NCBI GenBank assembly: GCA_030141605.1
Contig: JAQGDQ010000035.1
Span: 248,001-312,000 of the forward strand
DNA: 64,000 nt
Origin: Tubiluchus corallicola
Taxonomy: Eukaryota > Animalia > Priapulida
Reading direction: 5' to 3'
Shown: piece after piece, positions 43,731 to 56,800 of the stretch
Layout of the letters: each line of letters starts with the position of its first letter
How positions within the stretch are numbered: position 1 is the first letter of the stretch
The notes under the pieces: generated by a model
What the model was told of the DNA's origin: nothing
Databases searched by the model: none
What the model saw: the letters and a program-made list of their open reading frames with translations, nothing else
Made by a program: the position numbers and the translations under genes

Positions 43731-46224
43731 TACGTTTGCATAGGTGACGTCATGTAATGGTGGTGTCGGAACAGTATTGAGGAAAATTTAAAATGAGAAT
43801 GGAGAAAAATTCATTTTAATGCAAGTACGATATGTGCATAAAATTGCTGTAGAGTAATATAGCTTTTTAAGGCATTTTTTCTGAAACCTACTTTGGGTAC
43901 CTCTGTTCTTGTTCTTTAATTGAACTCGGTTGCGATTGGTAAATCTTTTTTTGTAATTCAGCCTTTTTGTCCGACGAGCACCACCATTAAGCAATAGAAC
44001 TACGTCTGACAAAACCAACTGACAATTTTTCAACATTTGCTTATGGTAGGGTGGCAACATTGTTAAATTACCATTTGGGGTAATGCACCTAGCAGTTCTA
44101 CAATGTACCTACATGATATTTAACTATTAATTCAGCAGAAGATGATGTACGCCTTGTGACAATTATAAATAATTATTGACATCTTAGATTTTGGTGAATT
44201 TAGTGTGACTGTTTTAAGTGCTGATAAATGATGCGTTGCCAAATTTTTGAAAAATTCGATGTTGTTTCGGTTCGACAAAATCGGATTTTGATGCATCCCT
44301 ACTGGAAGTGTATTTGAAAAGGATGATAAGTTTTTCATTTGCCACAATAATGTGCGTTTCTGGTGCCCTAAAAACTGATAGGACAGAAGAGTACAAGATT
44401 TGTATTGAGTTCATGTAGATAGTCTGCTCTTGGTATAATGCATACGTTATCAGTTTTATATGAACCGAAGAAGAATATAGTTGTAATTAGAAGATAATTT
44501 ACAAATACAATCTTTTGTTAGCCAAAATCTTTGGGCTCAAGTAACGAATTTTGTTAAAGAGAGAGAGAGAGAGTCCCCAGAGATCATTAATTATTTATTG
44601 TTATCAAAGTACGGCGGCAATAAGAAGTAACGTAACTTCTGCTGTCAGCGGTGTAGCAAGTGCTTGTGGCGCTCTGGGACAAAAAACTTCTGGCACCACA
44701 CCCTTTTAATGTTTTAATCATTTGTTTTGTGGATGAAGCACAAATTGTGCACATTTTTGTGTCCATGAGCCTGGCTTTCTATTTTCGACGTGATGTGATA
44801 AAGGTTAATGAATTTTTTCTAATAATCACCGAGTTTGATTTGGGGTACTGCGCCAGAATAACTCTTTTCTATGCATTAGTTACGAGTAACATGACAGTCA
44901 TTAAACATTCAGCTCCAGCATTAAAACATGCATAGATTATTAAAGATACAGAATACTGCAGGTTTTCACAATAGTACAATCGGCATTTAAAGAAATACCA
45001 CCGTTTCTCCCAAAATTATCGATCTGCTAAGCCACATGACACCCTACGCACGCCGTTAAATAACAACACCAGCTTTTTTCTAGGCTGTATGTAGTAATTA
45101 AGTCAGCTACGATAATCTCTAAGAAATTTTGTTGTAGTTTGAAAACTGTTGTTAGTAGTTTTTTACTGTCGGATCTGTAATTAATAATTAGCAGTCATTG
45201 AATCTAACCATTGCACCCAGGGGTGATTGCCCCCACCTTGCTAGTGGTTAGTGTCACCTTTGCACAGAGAGCATATACACAAAAGGAAAAGTACGACCTT
45301 CTTTTAATTGTATATTACACACAACTCTAAGTAGTGGTACATTTGCGAGATTTTGTGTACTTTTGCTGTTGTTAAATCATAAATGTGCACAGTGGCATCC
45401 GCTGCAGAGGAGTTCTAAGTTTGTAAAGGCGTCACAAAAATGAAATACACAACAATAGATGCTTTCGATACTTCATTTCAATACACTTTGTTACTGTGCT
45501 GTAGTTTTCGCAGAAGTTATATGTACTCTAGAATTTCTCACAAGCAGCAAATAACGATTTGAAATACCTTGCTATATAAACAATCTGTGCGAAAAATTAT
45601 AATCCGTACAAGAAGCATTAGTGAAAATGTAATGTTTCATTAAAATGTAGTAACAAAAAAAAAGTGCTTTCTGTTTTGGAGATTTGCCCATTACAAATAG
45701 TGGAACTGCAGTTGTGGTATAAGCAAAGCATTACTACATCATGGAATGAATCATAATTAATTGTCATAGTTTGGTAAATACAGAAACATTATTTTTAGGC
45801 GATTTACCATTTCAGTTGAAGAGAACACTTACTGGTGTACGAATATTTTGTATTTTTAATCTCTTTTAAGTGGGAAGTTCTTTGGATCATTAACAGTTTT
45901 TTTTAGAAAAGTCTGTTGATTCTATAGATTTCAGTCAAAATGGGAATAACACTGTAGCCACATGTAGAAGGATAGCAAGCTGCTTTTAAACAGTTTCGTA
46001 TTTAGCAAAACATGACAGTGAAAATGGTTTGTTATGCTTGATCAAAGTTTCAATTTGCATGAAAAACCCTTCACGCCTAGGAATCATCTTCTCAACCATG
46101 TTTATAGGCTGGTGCCATTCACAATTACGTATTTTTCGCATCTGAAATATTCTTAGAACTGCGTTCATTAAAATTTAATGTGGAAATATGTGGGTGTTAA
46201 AATATATCATATACAAAAATTGAT

Positions 46225-46320
46225 GAATAAAAGCAGGCAAGCTTTAGCTTTGACGTACATCACTTGATCATCGAATAAAAGCAGGCAAGCTTTAGCTTTG
46301 ACGTACATCACTTGATCATC
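46225..46320. repeat. Perfect 48-bp tandem duplication
   Basis: GAATAAAAGCAGGCAAGCTTTAGCTTTGACGTACATCACTTGATCATC occurs twice in tandem. Confidence 0.97.
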
Positions 46321-47847
46321 TCTATGAATGCTAAGACCGTTTTTATGTACCGGTGTATGTACTATGTAACATGCTAAAAATCTAAGAAAGTACAATTAAA
46401 TGTGCTGCAACATTTCAAAAACTGTTGTAAAATAGAAAACAAAGCACAAAACAAATAAAAGTTTAAGGAATGTTTAATAATTTACCAGTTAATTCATATT
46501 TAAGGCTAATTTTTTAATCAAATTTTCAGACTAATTGTTACAATCTACAATCAAATCACGCTAAATTATTTTATAATCCTATTAATAGGAATCAACAGTT
46601 GATTTTAAATGTTATAAATGGTTCATTCACTTCATTTTGTATTTTTACATTACACTAAATATTTTTTTACATTAAAGACTAGTCAGATGCCATACCAAAA
46701 ATTTAAATTATTTAGCAATTCAATGATAATATCAGATTAGAATGCAAAATTTCTAGAATTTCACAATACATGACAGCCAAGTAAAGCAACATCTTTCACG
46801 TTTAAACCAGTGCTGAGAATTTACCAACAAAAACTATTGCAGAGCCTAATGGTATAGATGATTTTGTACATACAAACAGGATTTATTTAACTACGTAGCA
46901 GCAAGGCAACAGACGACAATCTGATCATAAACACAACTTAAGTGAAACATAACATTTATTATAATAAAGTGATGCTGAATCAATATTCACTGACAATATA
47001 CAATGCAAAATAAGCTTAAATTAACCATATATCATGCCGCTACATTTACATCAGCATTTCCAGACAGTTTTACATTTTTATATCCATACACAAAGCTAGT
47101 TCTTGCACATTAATTGTACAGATTGTCACTTTTACATTAACTCAGAAGAAAAACTATTGCACAAAAGAAAGATACAACTTTACAACTGTTATCAACAATT
47201 ATCAATAGTACAAACTAAAGCATTGATTTGTCTGTGTAGGATTTTAGATCAGCAACTAATTGTCGTTTTTATAATATGCATACGGCTGTGTTTCAAACTC
47301 CAACAATTATAATAGTTTAAAATCGGATTAAGCAAGTTTTTCAACTTTAAAATGGCTTCTACACACACATTTTCATGAAATCAAACAAATTTAATAATGC
47401 AGGCCATTTTTAATAACAAGCAGAACTGTATGTTGAATACAAAAGCTGTTTAATTTTAATTTTGTCACCTGTAAATGCAGCAATCGAAAATACTTGTTAT
47501 GAAGGTCACAACTTGTTTTATACCCAGTTGTTTTTCTTATTACATGAACCAGATGCAGTATATGTTGTAAGTGGTAAAACCATATGGTTTGTGGCACATC
47601 ATTATTTAGGAGTAAGGTCTGAATCGTATAAATTATTCTACAGTTTTCCCTTTAATTTAATTCTCTGTGATTAATTTTTACAGCATTATAATAACATTAG
47701 AAATTATTATCTGAATAATTTACCAAAACCCATTTTAACATCAAATAAAATAGATAAAAATAATGTGCATATTTTATTATTAATACACAACATTTGAAAG
47801 TTTATACAGATTAGCATGCACTCAATAATTACGATCATGCAGCTTAA

Positions 47848-50800
47848 TTACAAAGCGAAAAGCGAATTTTCCGTCTCTTCCTTTTGAATTTGTCGATTAC
47901 TTCGTTGGCCAGTTGCAGCACTAATGCTTGGCAGCTCTTCAGCTGCTACAGCCCTCGATGCCAAAAACTGATCAAATTCTACAATTAACAGCATTTAATC
48001 ATGAAAACTTTTTAACTGTAAAAAAGTCTTAGAACGTGCAAAATTACAAATACCAAAACTTCAAAAATATCAAATATATAAAATAATAAATAGCACAAAC
48101 CAATTTTTATAAACATTAGTTAACTTTGCTAAAACACGTCGTAGTATTCTGAAATTAAAACTACAAATTAAAAAATGTGTGCGAATCAAAATTTTACCTA
48201 AACCGATTTCTTAATTACCTTATTTTGGCGACCACCTATTACTTAAAATATTGTACCCAAAACTAACACTGAGCAAAAGTGCGATGGTGAAAATAGTTGT
48301 GAGCGAAGACCGTTATACAGCAATTGCTCAATACACAAACCTGCACTGGTGACGGGCTCTTGTGGATTAGCATTATCTGAATTTTCCTTCAGCCATTTTT
48401 CCATCTCTTCATAATCTTGCTCTTTTTCCTGAGGCAAATGGTAAAAAGTTAAACATCATACACAAATTATACAAAAAGTAAAGTGTATGGTATATCTGTT
48501 AAGATTTACTGATTTAACTGTAGGCAATTTAAATTCAGTATTTATATATAGGCTCAGCAGATGTATGGAATCAGCCGTGTAAGCAAAAATGCTGATATAA
48601 TGCAAGTACAGTACAGACATCGTCTAATTAGCAGAAATCTGATATGCAGCTTTTGTTTTGACACATATCTGCCTCTCACAGTTGCAACTAACCAAATGCA
48701 TCAACTTCACTGGAATGTAACTCTTCTGATTAAATTATGTAACTTGAAATCCATACCACAACAAAAATAATAAAATAAAATGCACAGTGTTTCTTTCTAA
48801 ATCGTGCAGTTGTTATAAGGTTAAAGAAAACAAAGTAGACAGGCAAAAGTAAAAATTTTTAAATCAAATATTAACCAATAATAATGAAATAAGCTAGTGT
48901 TTTAAATTGAAAGAAGAAAAAATCCGAAAAAACCAAGCAACAAAGAAAGCAGAAGCATCTTAAGATTAGACGCCAAAAATCATATGGAAAACTTGGAGTA
49001 ATTATTAAAAATTTAATTAATTAAGAGTTCTATTGCCACAATGCTGTGCACTACCATGATACATGCGATAAGTTGCCCGTGCAAAACAGACAATTATTAT
49101 AAAACATTATGCCAATCATTACTTGTCTACTAAAATTTCGCAAATTAGTAAATTTACCGGTAAAGACTCGCCAGTTCCATCCTGTGAAAAAAGCACAATC
49201 AACTGTCACTAATAGTTTATCCAAAATAAGAAAAAAATACAAATTGCAAACTAATAAAAGAATCATTGTTTTCATACAGTTATTTAGACTTTAGGTAGTT
49301 GCTTACTGCTGCACTTATTATTGTATGCAAAGAAAATCATACCTTTGGTCTGTGTGGTGCATGGCGTGTACCAACTGCTGTCCCTAGACTGACACTGTAC
49401 TGATTCACATTTGAGTTGTCTTCGTACGTGCTACCACTGAAAAACGTAAAAAATTGTATCTGCACTGCATATTTATGACAATTAAATTTGCCCTTTAAAA
49501 CAACCAGCAAGATGGTAACCCTGGCTTATAAAACTTATTATATGTTTATAAAGCTTTAACAGTTAGTTGATGATGATGATAGCCCTTATCAGCCTCTTTT
49601 TGCAGGCAAACATTTCTGTACAAACATTATACAATTTTACATAGATAGAGTGTAATTCTACAACATCACATGTTTCGCATTCTGTAATTAGCTGGTGCAT
49701 ATAACATTACTTATGGTGATGTTAAACAAATAGTATTAAAGTGAGTGTTAAAATCAAGGTTATTAATGAAGCAAGTTTCCTGTCCAGTAACATAAAAATG
49801 CAGTTAAATTAATGTACTAAATTATAAAATTCCCAACATTTAAGGCCACAATGAGTTACGACCAATAATCTCAAAAACTACACAAATTTAAGCCATATTT
49901 TACTCAAATTTAGCAACAATAGTTTAAAATAAAAGGGTAAAATCAAAAATAAAATAAAATGGATTGGAGCTCTCTTATGGCCAGCAAATTTTTTGTTCAA
50001 CATCAAAATTTAACATACGATTATTATTGAATGATTAAATACCACTGTTTCAGTAGTCTAAGATGATTACAAACATGAAGAGAGCAACTACGACACACCG
50101 CAACTTTCTTTAGACCACAAAATTTGCATCACTATATTGACCTGCACCTAATAAAGTCATTAAGGTCGTAGTATTTTAAGGGTAAATCTTTTTTTGCTGT
50201 AGGTGTTTTTCCTTTTTCTTTTCTGTTAAATCAACACAGCCAGGAATCACTAAATGTCTAACTTGAGTGTTAACAATAACATACCCCTGCCGACTCTGCT
50301 CGTATGTCGTTTGCCTTGCCTGTGCAAACATGTCAAATTCACTCACATCTGATTCTGTCACACCTGAAATCATTAAAGTGAAATAATATAATTATCAACG
50401 TTATTTATTAGTGCAGATTATTTCGCCAGCAGATGTCAATGCTATAAATCAAACCAAAACAAACAATCGGTAAAATTATGACACCTCTAACCAAAGCATA
50501 GGATAAATTATATCATTACACAATCACAAGAGTGAAATTCAAGCATTCATAACTTAGAAAGTAGTGTCATAATTGTACCAATTATTTGTTTTGGCTTGAT
50601 TTATAGGACCGAAAATGACTGTTGCTGTCAAAACGATCGTCTCCGCTAATAAACAACATGTTAATTCCTAGAGGCTGGCTCTTTTATGTATTTAATACAA
50701 TTATTATTAATGCAGTAATTATTTTTAGCATTCATTGAGAATGCTACTGATTGTAATTGCAACTAACTTTAAAGAAACCATGACATTTGGCTCCAATATA

Positions 50801-53800
50801 AGAAACATATATATATATATGAGCATAATACAAAAGTATGGTAAATAATCATTTCACCTGCCATTTATATCAACATAAGCAAGTAATTAATATTTTTAAT
50901 AGCTATTACTGCCCTTGTAAAACAACCACTACGAAATTAGTGAAGAAATTAAGTTAGTAACTGAAAATGAAAAATAAAAAGTAGCTCAGAAGGATAGTTA
51001 AGTTAAAACCTCACACAATCTGTTAATTCTATGGCATACCTTCCACCATGCACCATGCAGGGTCAGCCGTATCATAGACTGGCTCATTGTTATCATAGAC
51101 CGGTTCTGCTTGAGCAGAAGACAAAAATGGATCAAAATCTAGAAAATGTTAAGCTAAACTAATTGATAAACATTCAATCCATGCAGGTTAATTTGTCCTT
51201 GAAATAAAAAATTACTATTCCTACAAGAGCAACTGAAAATAACAAAGCAAATAAAATTAGAAAATAATTTGTCATTTGATGAGCCATGTAAAAACAGTAT
51301 CTGTTCTCTATTATTTTGTTAATAAATGAAACAAAAAAACTGAAAACGAGAAAAGATTATTCAGTCACATGCCTTTAGAGACCATGCTGATGCTACCGAC
51401 AGCAAACAAAACGAGGAATTGAAAGTCTTACTGACACTATTGTTATTATATATACTACATGTTATTATTATGAAGGTTTACCCAAATCTGCCAACTGTTG
51501 TGTTGCTGCTGCTAAGCTCGCATTAACATTATTTTGTTGAGTAGGTTCCGGAGAATCTGACCCAAAGTCAATAAGCGTGGCTGACTCAGCTGCAGACTGT
51601 TGCAGCGGCTGTGGTGGCGGCTGTAGTCGTGGTGTTGTTGTTGCCTATGAAGCAAAAAAGTATATAAATCATGTATTTTTAGCAAAAATACTGTAGCCAT
51701 TTCACAGAAGTTTGAACACTTCTGAAAAAATGTAACAAAGAACTAATGTGTGAATAAAAAGTACAAAGTAAATGGGTTGACAAAGAAATTTCTGAAAGGT
51801 TATTGACATAATCTGTGCAAGCATACAAAACTAGTTAAACTGCAAACAGAATTACTCACAGAATAATCGCTTTACAGAACTTTTGTGAATTTTACAGCTG
51901 ACACAAGTATTAACAGTTTGCACAATGAAAACAAGCAAGAAAACCAAACATTAAAATTCCAAGACTGAGCTTTATAAACTTGAGTCTTGTTAGAACTGCA
52001 ATTCTTGGATACAAAAAAAATGCTTTACTCAAAAAATTGTTCATATTTGAAATTTTGTGTTTTATTTTATTTACACCTCTACCACTTGATGGGAAGATGC
52101 ACTACATTCCTCTAAGAATGTTGAGTTCTATTTTTGGAGTTTGAACCGTGTAGCTGAACCAATAGGAAAGTTAAACTCAGCACTCAAATGCGGCTCATTA
52201 CAACTATGTTAAATTTCACAGCTGTAGGACATATGCACCAAACAGCCAAATTGTCAGATAAACATGGAGACATGCACATATGACTTTCACGGCAAAATTA
52301 AACAAACACTAGCAAAGGGCTGTCATTTTAATTTGAGATTTAAGACCCTCACTATAAGATAAGCTTTTACAACTCAAAATCCTGCTTTCATTACAAATAT
52401 TCAGTGTATTTTACTATAAACTTACTGTAAAACTTGTTTTTTTTTTACTTTTTTATAAATTTTTTGTTAGCGGTATGAAATTTGAAGAACCGCCATTTTT
52501 CATTGCATTAGATGAGTGACATTATAAGTAATCAAGAGGTCTCCAAAGATCGTTAAACAAATAGCGGTAACCAAAGACGCGAAACACAGCAATCTTTGCG
52601 GCATTGCACGCATTCGAAATTCGCCAAAAAAGGTAAGTTATTTAACTTAATAAGTTTTTTTGTTTAATAATAACTATGAATTCTTTGTGTAATCATAATA
52701 ATGCATTAAAAAACTTCAGTATCTGTTGGGGTTATGCAGGCATTTAAATTTACGTATGACTGCAAATTTGTAGTAACTTAGTAGACAATCTGCATGCAAC
52801 GAATACCACATACAAAAATTATGGCATTAGTTTCTGAATAATGGTTAGCTTTTTACACTAGCAAAGCAATACCTGGACATTTGCAACTGTATTACCTCTG
52901 TAAATGTAGGAGGTGGTGAATATGTCGGAGCGGACGATTGTTGCGCTGCACTTGGCGGACTTTGTCCTGCAGATTGAGCTGCCAGTCCAGCACGGTATCT
53001 CTCAAATCTCTCATACCGAAGAAAGGCATTGTTCAGGTCATCATTAACATGTAGTAACTCGCCTATTAACAAAATGCATGAATCGGTATTAGAGTTCTGT
53101 GTAAACCAAATAGCACTTTAACAAGCTTTGCAAATGGAAAAATGCGTAGATATTTGAATGATATGCATAAAGGCATCACCCACAGTGACCAAAGAATGAT
53201 TTGAATTCAAGTGTAGATCTCGTTCTTCTGGTAATACTGCACAAGCAGTTTAATCTTTCTGTCTTTTCTTGCTTAACACACCTCAAAACACACTTTACCT
53301 AAATTTTGTTTTACACCAGTGCTATTCAACGTGGTGGACGGTACACCTAAGGATGGACTAAACTCGGCTGAGGGTGGACCAGAAACACGGAATTCCACTT
53401 ACAATTCATATTGGTACTGTTTTGGCCATTGGAAATTTTCCCACAGGAAAAGAAGTGCAAAAAATTGAGTTTTTCTTGTATACGGGTTGAAGAATAGCAA
53501 ATATTGAAAAAGAATTCACTGGTACAACATCCCTAACATAAAATAAGCAAGTTGCAAGTAAAAAAATTATTGTTTGGCATTTTGTTACTTTGGCAACCAT
53601 TGAATGTTTGCTGTACATCAGCCAAAATCTGTTAAGAAATGATAATGCTTTTGCACGAAAAATGACTGTATAGTAGCCACAAAGTTATTTTTGGAAAAGA
53701 ACAATTGTCTTACAATTTGGCAATTCAATTTCTACTGTTCACATATAATGATTTATTAATAATAGTAATTAAGAGTTGTGGATGCGCATGTGTATCTGGT

Positions 53801-56800
53801 TTTTAATCGAAAGAGCTTAACTATTGAGGTACTACTACAAGACCATATCAAACTGTAACATAATTATTGAAATGATAACGGCAACTGCAGTGACAATGGC
53901 GATGGTACAAAGATGGATTTTGGTCTCTAACACTGTACTATAATCCTGTGGCATGGCCATTATAATTTTTCAAAAGAAAGTTAATTACACTCTTTCTGGA
54001 CAACACATAATTCTGCTTTATGATTTTTTTTACCAATAATCAACTTATTTGAATGTTTAAACTAATTAAATTAACGTGAATCTTTAGTTTTGATTCACTT
54101 TAAGGCTTATCACTAATTATTCACACCATAATAGTTTAATAAATGTTATGTTATTTAATAAATAAATAATAATAAAGCTAAGCCAAATTAAAAATAAAAC
54201 AAGACATTTTTGTTTCAATTTTATGCTGGGTGGATGAGTTTAGAAGTTAGGGCTTTTAGGGTGGAAAAGGTTGAATAGCACTGTTTTACAGGACTGCATC
54301 ATTTTTGTAGAAACTGTACTACTCTAGTGCACGCTTAGTGTTGTTAGTCTTTACTACTAGAGCAATATTTTGCAGTTTAAGTTTTTTCTTGTCTTTTCTA
54401 CACTATGTGTTACGTAATTAACTAGTAATCATGATACTAATTATGTTATCCAAAAATTACATAAAGTTTAATGATTTTTGTGATTTTTTTCTTTATGTGA
54501 AGAAAGTAAACAATTGCTGGAAATTTTTCCCATTTTTATTATAAGATTTTTTTATTTATTACTCCACTTTTCATTATAATGGTTTATTTCCATGTAAGTA
54601 GGTTCATAAAACTTTAGAGCATTACTCTGTTGAAACAAGAAAAAAGTATTGGTAAATAATCTTAAATACTACATCAATTTCTATTTTATTTCACAATGCC
54701 ATGTGAAAGAGAAACAACAATTAATCAATGAATAGAATAATAATTAACAATGATGATTACCCGTTATTTCGTCGTTAGCAATGCGATCAATAAGCTCCAC
54801 TATCCTACCCTGCATGGTCTTGCATGTGCGATGTAACTCCTGTATTAATCAATATTCAAGTTACAAGAATCATACTGTGTCAGATATTAAAGTGAAAATG
54901 TACGTGTAACATTACATACTGCACATCATTACTTTAGTAAATTCTAGTTTATAATTTAGTTGCAATGAAGCAAAACTAAGAAATACACTCAGCTGCGAGG
55001 CGATCTACATCACATTGGAATAATGAATCATAAAAATGCAGGAAAGCAATACTAAATTAGAAAATTGAAAAAAATTTGGGCTAAAATTTTCTACACAAGA
55101 AATTAGTTTGTGAAGCAGATTAGTGTTAGGATTAGAGCTAGGGTTAGTGTTAGGGCAGGAGTATTGAAATTGTGTGGAGAATTGTAAACTCTTCCAAATT
55201 TTGCATTTAACTGGGACTCAAGCCCATGGGCTTCAATTGTTCAGGCAGCTATGCAACCATTAAACCGCTGATTTTTCACTCACAAATTTACACCGTCAGC
55301 CACTAGAGGTCTATCAAAGGGAATCATACTCCACACTGTATCACAACGTAGAACAAAATGAATCACATAAACACACAAATGCAATACTAAAGCAGAAAGC
55401 GCACCTGTAGTAATTCCATGTCAGCTGGTTCTACTCGTGATGGCTGTAACTCGGTTAGCATTTCGCCCAACACACGAACATTACCCATAACAACGTCCAT
55501 CTCACTACGAAGTTTACTTGTCTGCTCGGGTGTTAAGTTATATGGTCCAGCTTGTACAGGAGCTGGTGTAGCTACAGGTGATCCATGGCTTGCCACAGAA
55601 CGTCTCTCTGTGGAAGCTGGTGCCTGCGTCTGAAACAGAATCTTATTAAATAAACAATAAGTATGAATATCATATAACATATAAATACTCATACAGTACA
55701 AAACAACAAATTTGATCATATTTCTCGATTATGATAAAGCACCTGGCAAAAAGTCAATAATTTTGTTCTTAAAGTCAGAAGAATTTTATGCACAAAGATA
55801 CGCCATTCATTAAGGTGATCATTACAGCGTTAAATATCGATTAAACTTTTTTAAGATCTTTACACACCTAAAACGTAACAATGTTTGCTTTATCTTGTGT
55901 CAAACCAAGTGTATTAATCTTGCTTATAATTCATGGATATGCGATTATAATAACCTTTAATTTGTCAAATTAACAACTGTTACTTCAAACTATTATAAAT
56001 ACAGACGTACCTGTTCTGCATGAGCACGTGGTGGCCTTGTTGCTACCGATTCGCTCTCATTTACGCTCTGTAATAATGGAAAATCATTGTCGAACAATGA
56101 ATAACTAAATAAAGTTACTACACCTTATTTCATCAATGCTAGATTGAAAATTAATGGCATTCATGTACTTGTACTTCTGGCTGCATGCATTTCTGTGTAT
56201 GAACATATTTCTGGCTGTATATTACATAGTGATAGCTAGTGATATCTAAAAATTCACAACAACTAAAAAAACTACAGAATGTACTTCCCCACTTACTCTT
56301 TGAGGTGTGTGTATTGGTGCCAAGCTGTCAAGATCTGTCATGGGAAACTCGATACCTTTGTTTTTTAGGTCAGCATAAATTTGCACAACACCATTCATAT
56401 CTGGCGAGCCCCTAAATGCATCTGCCCATGCCTGAAAAGTAACCAAAGCAGTAGTTAGGTACTTAAACAGCTAGCACAGTTAAATAGATAATACAGCTCT
56501 AAACTACTAAATCACATCTTAATTTTTAAAAATTAAATTCTTAAAATATTAAGCGTCAAAATAAGTTTTAAAACAGTAGTCAAAACTGCATAAAAAGTGA
56601 TTCATTTGAGACTGACTGATCACTTAGTCACTAGTATAACACAGAATCTTATAATGCTCAGTAGTCTTCTTTACAACTATTTGGATTAACATTAGTCGTT
56701 GGTAAAACAATAAATGACTTTAAGAAAAAATATCAACCTTGGGTACGGTAAGAGATGCTGCTTACTTCAAAATCAATATAAATTTGAGAGTTAGTTACAG

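Noticed and set aside
55418-55633. Antisense ORFs over real exons (also 31454-31636, 57418-57795, 61200-61484)
   Set aside because: Shadow frames of TOM1 or endophilin-B exons with no independent support.
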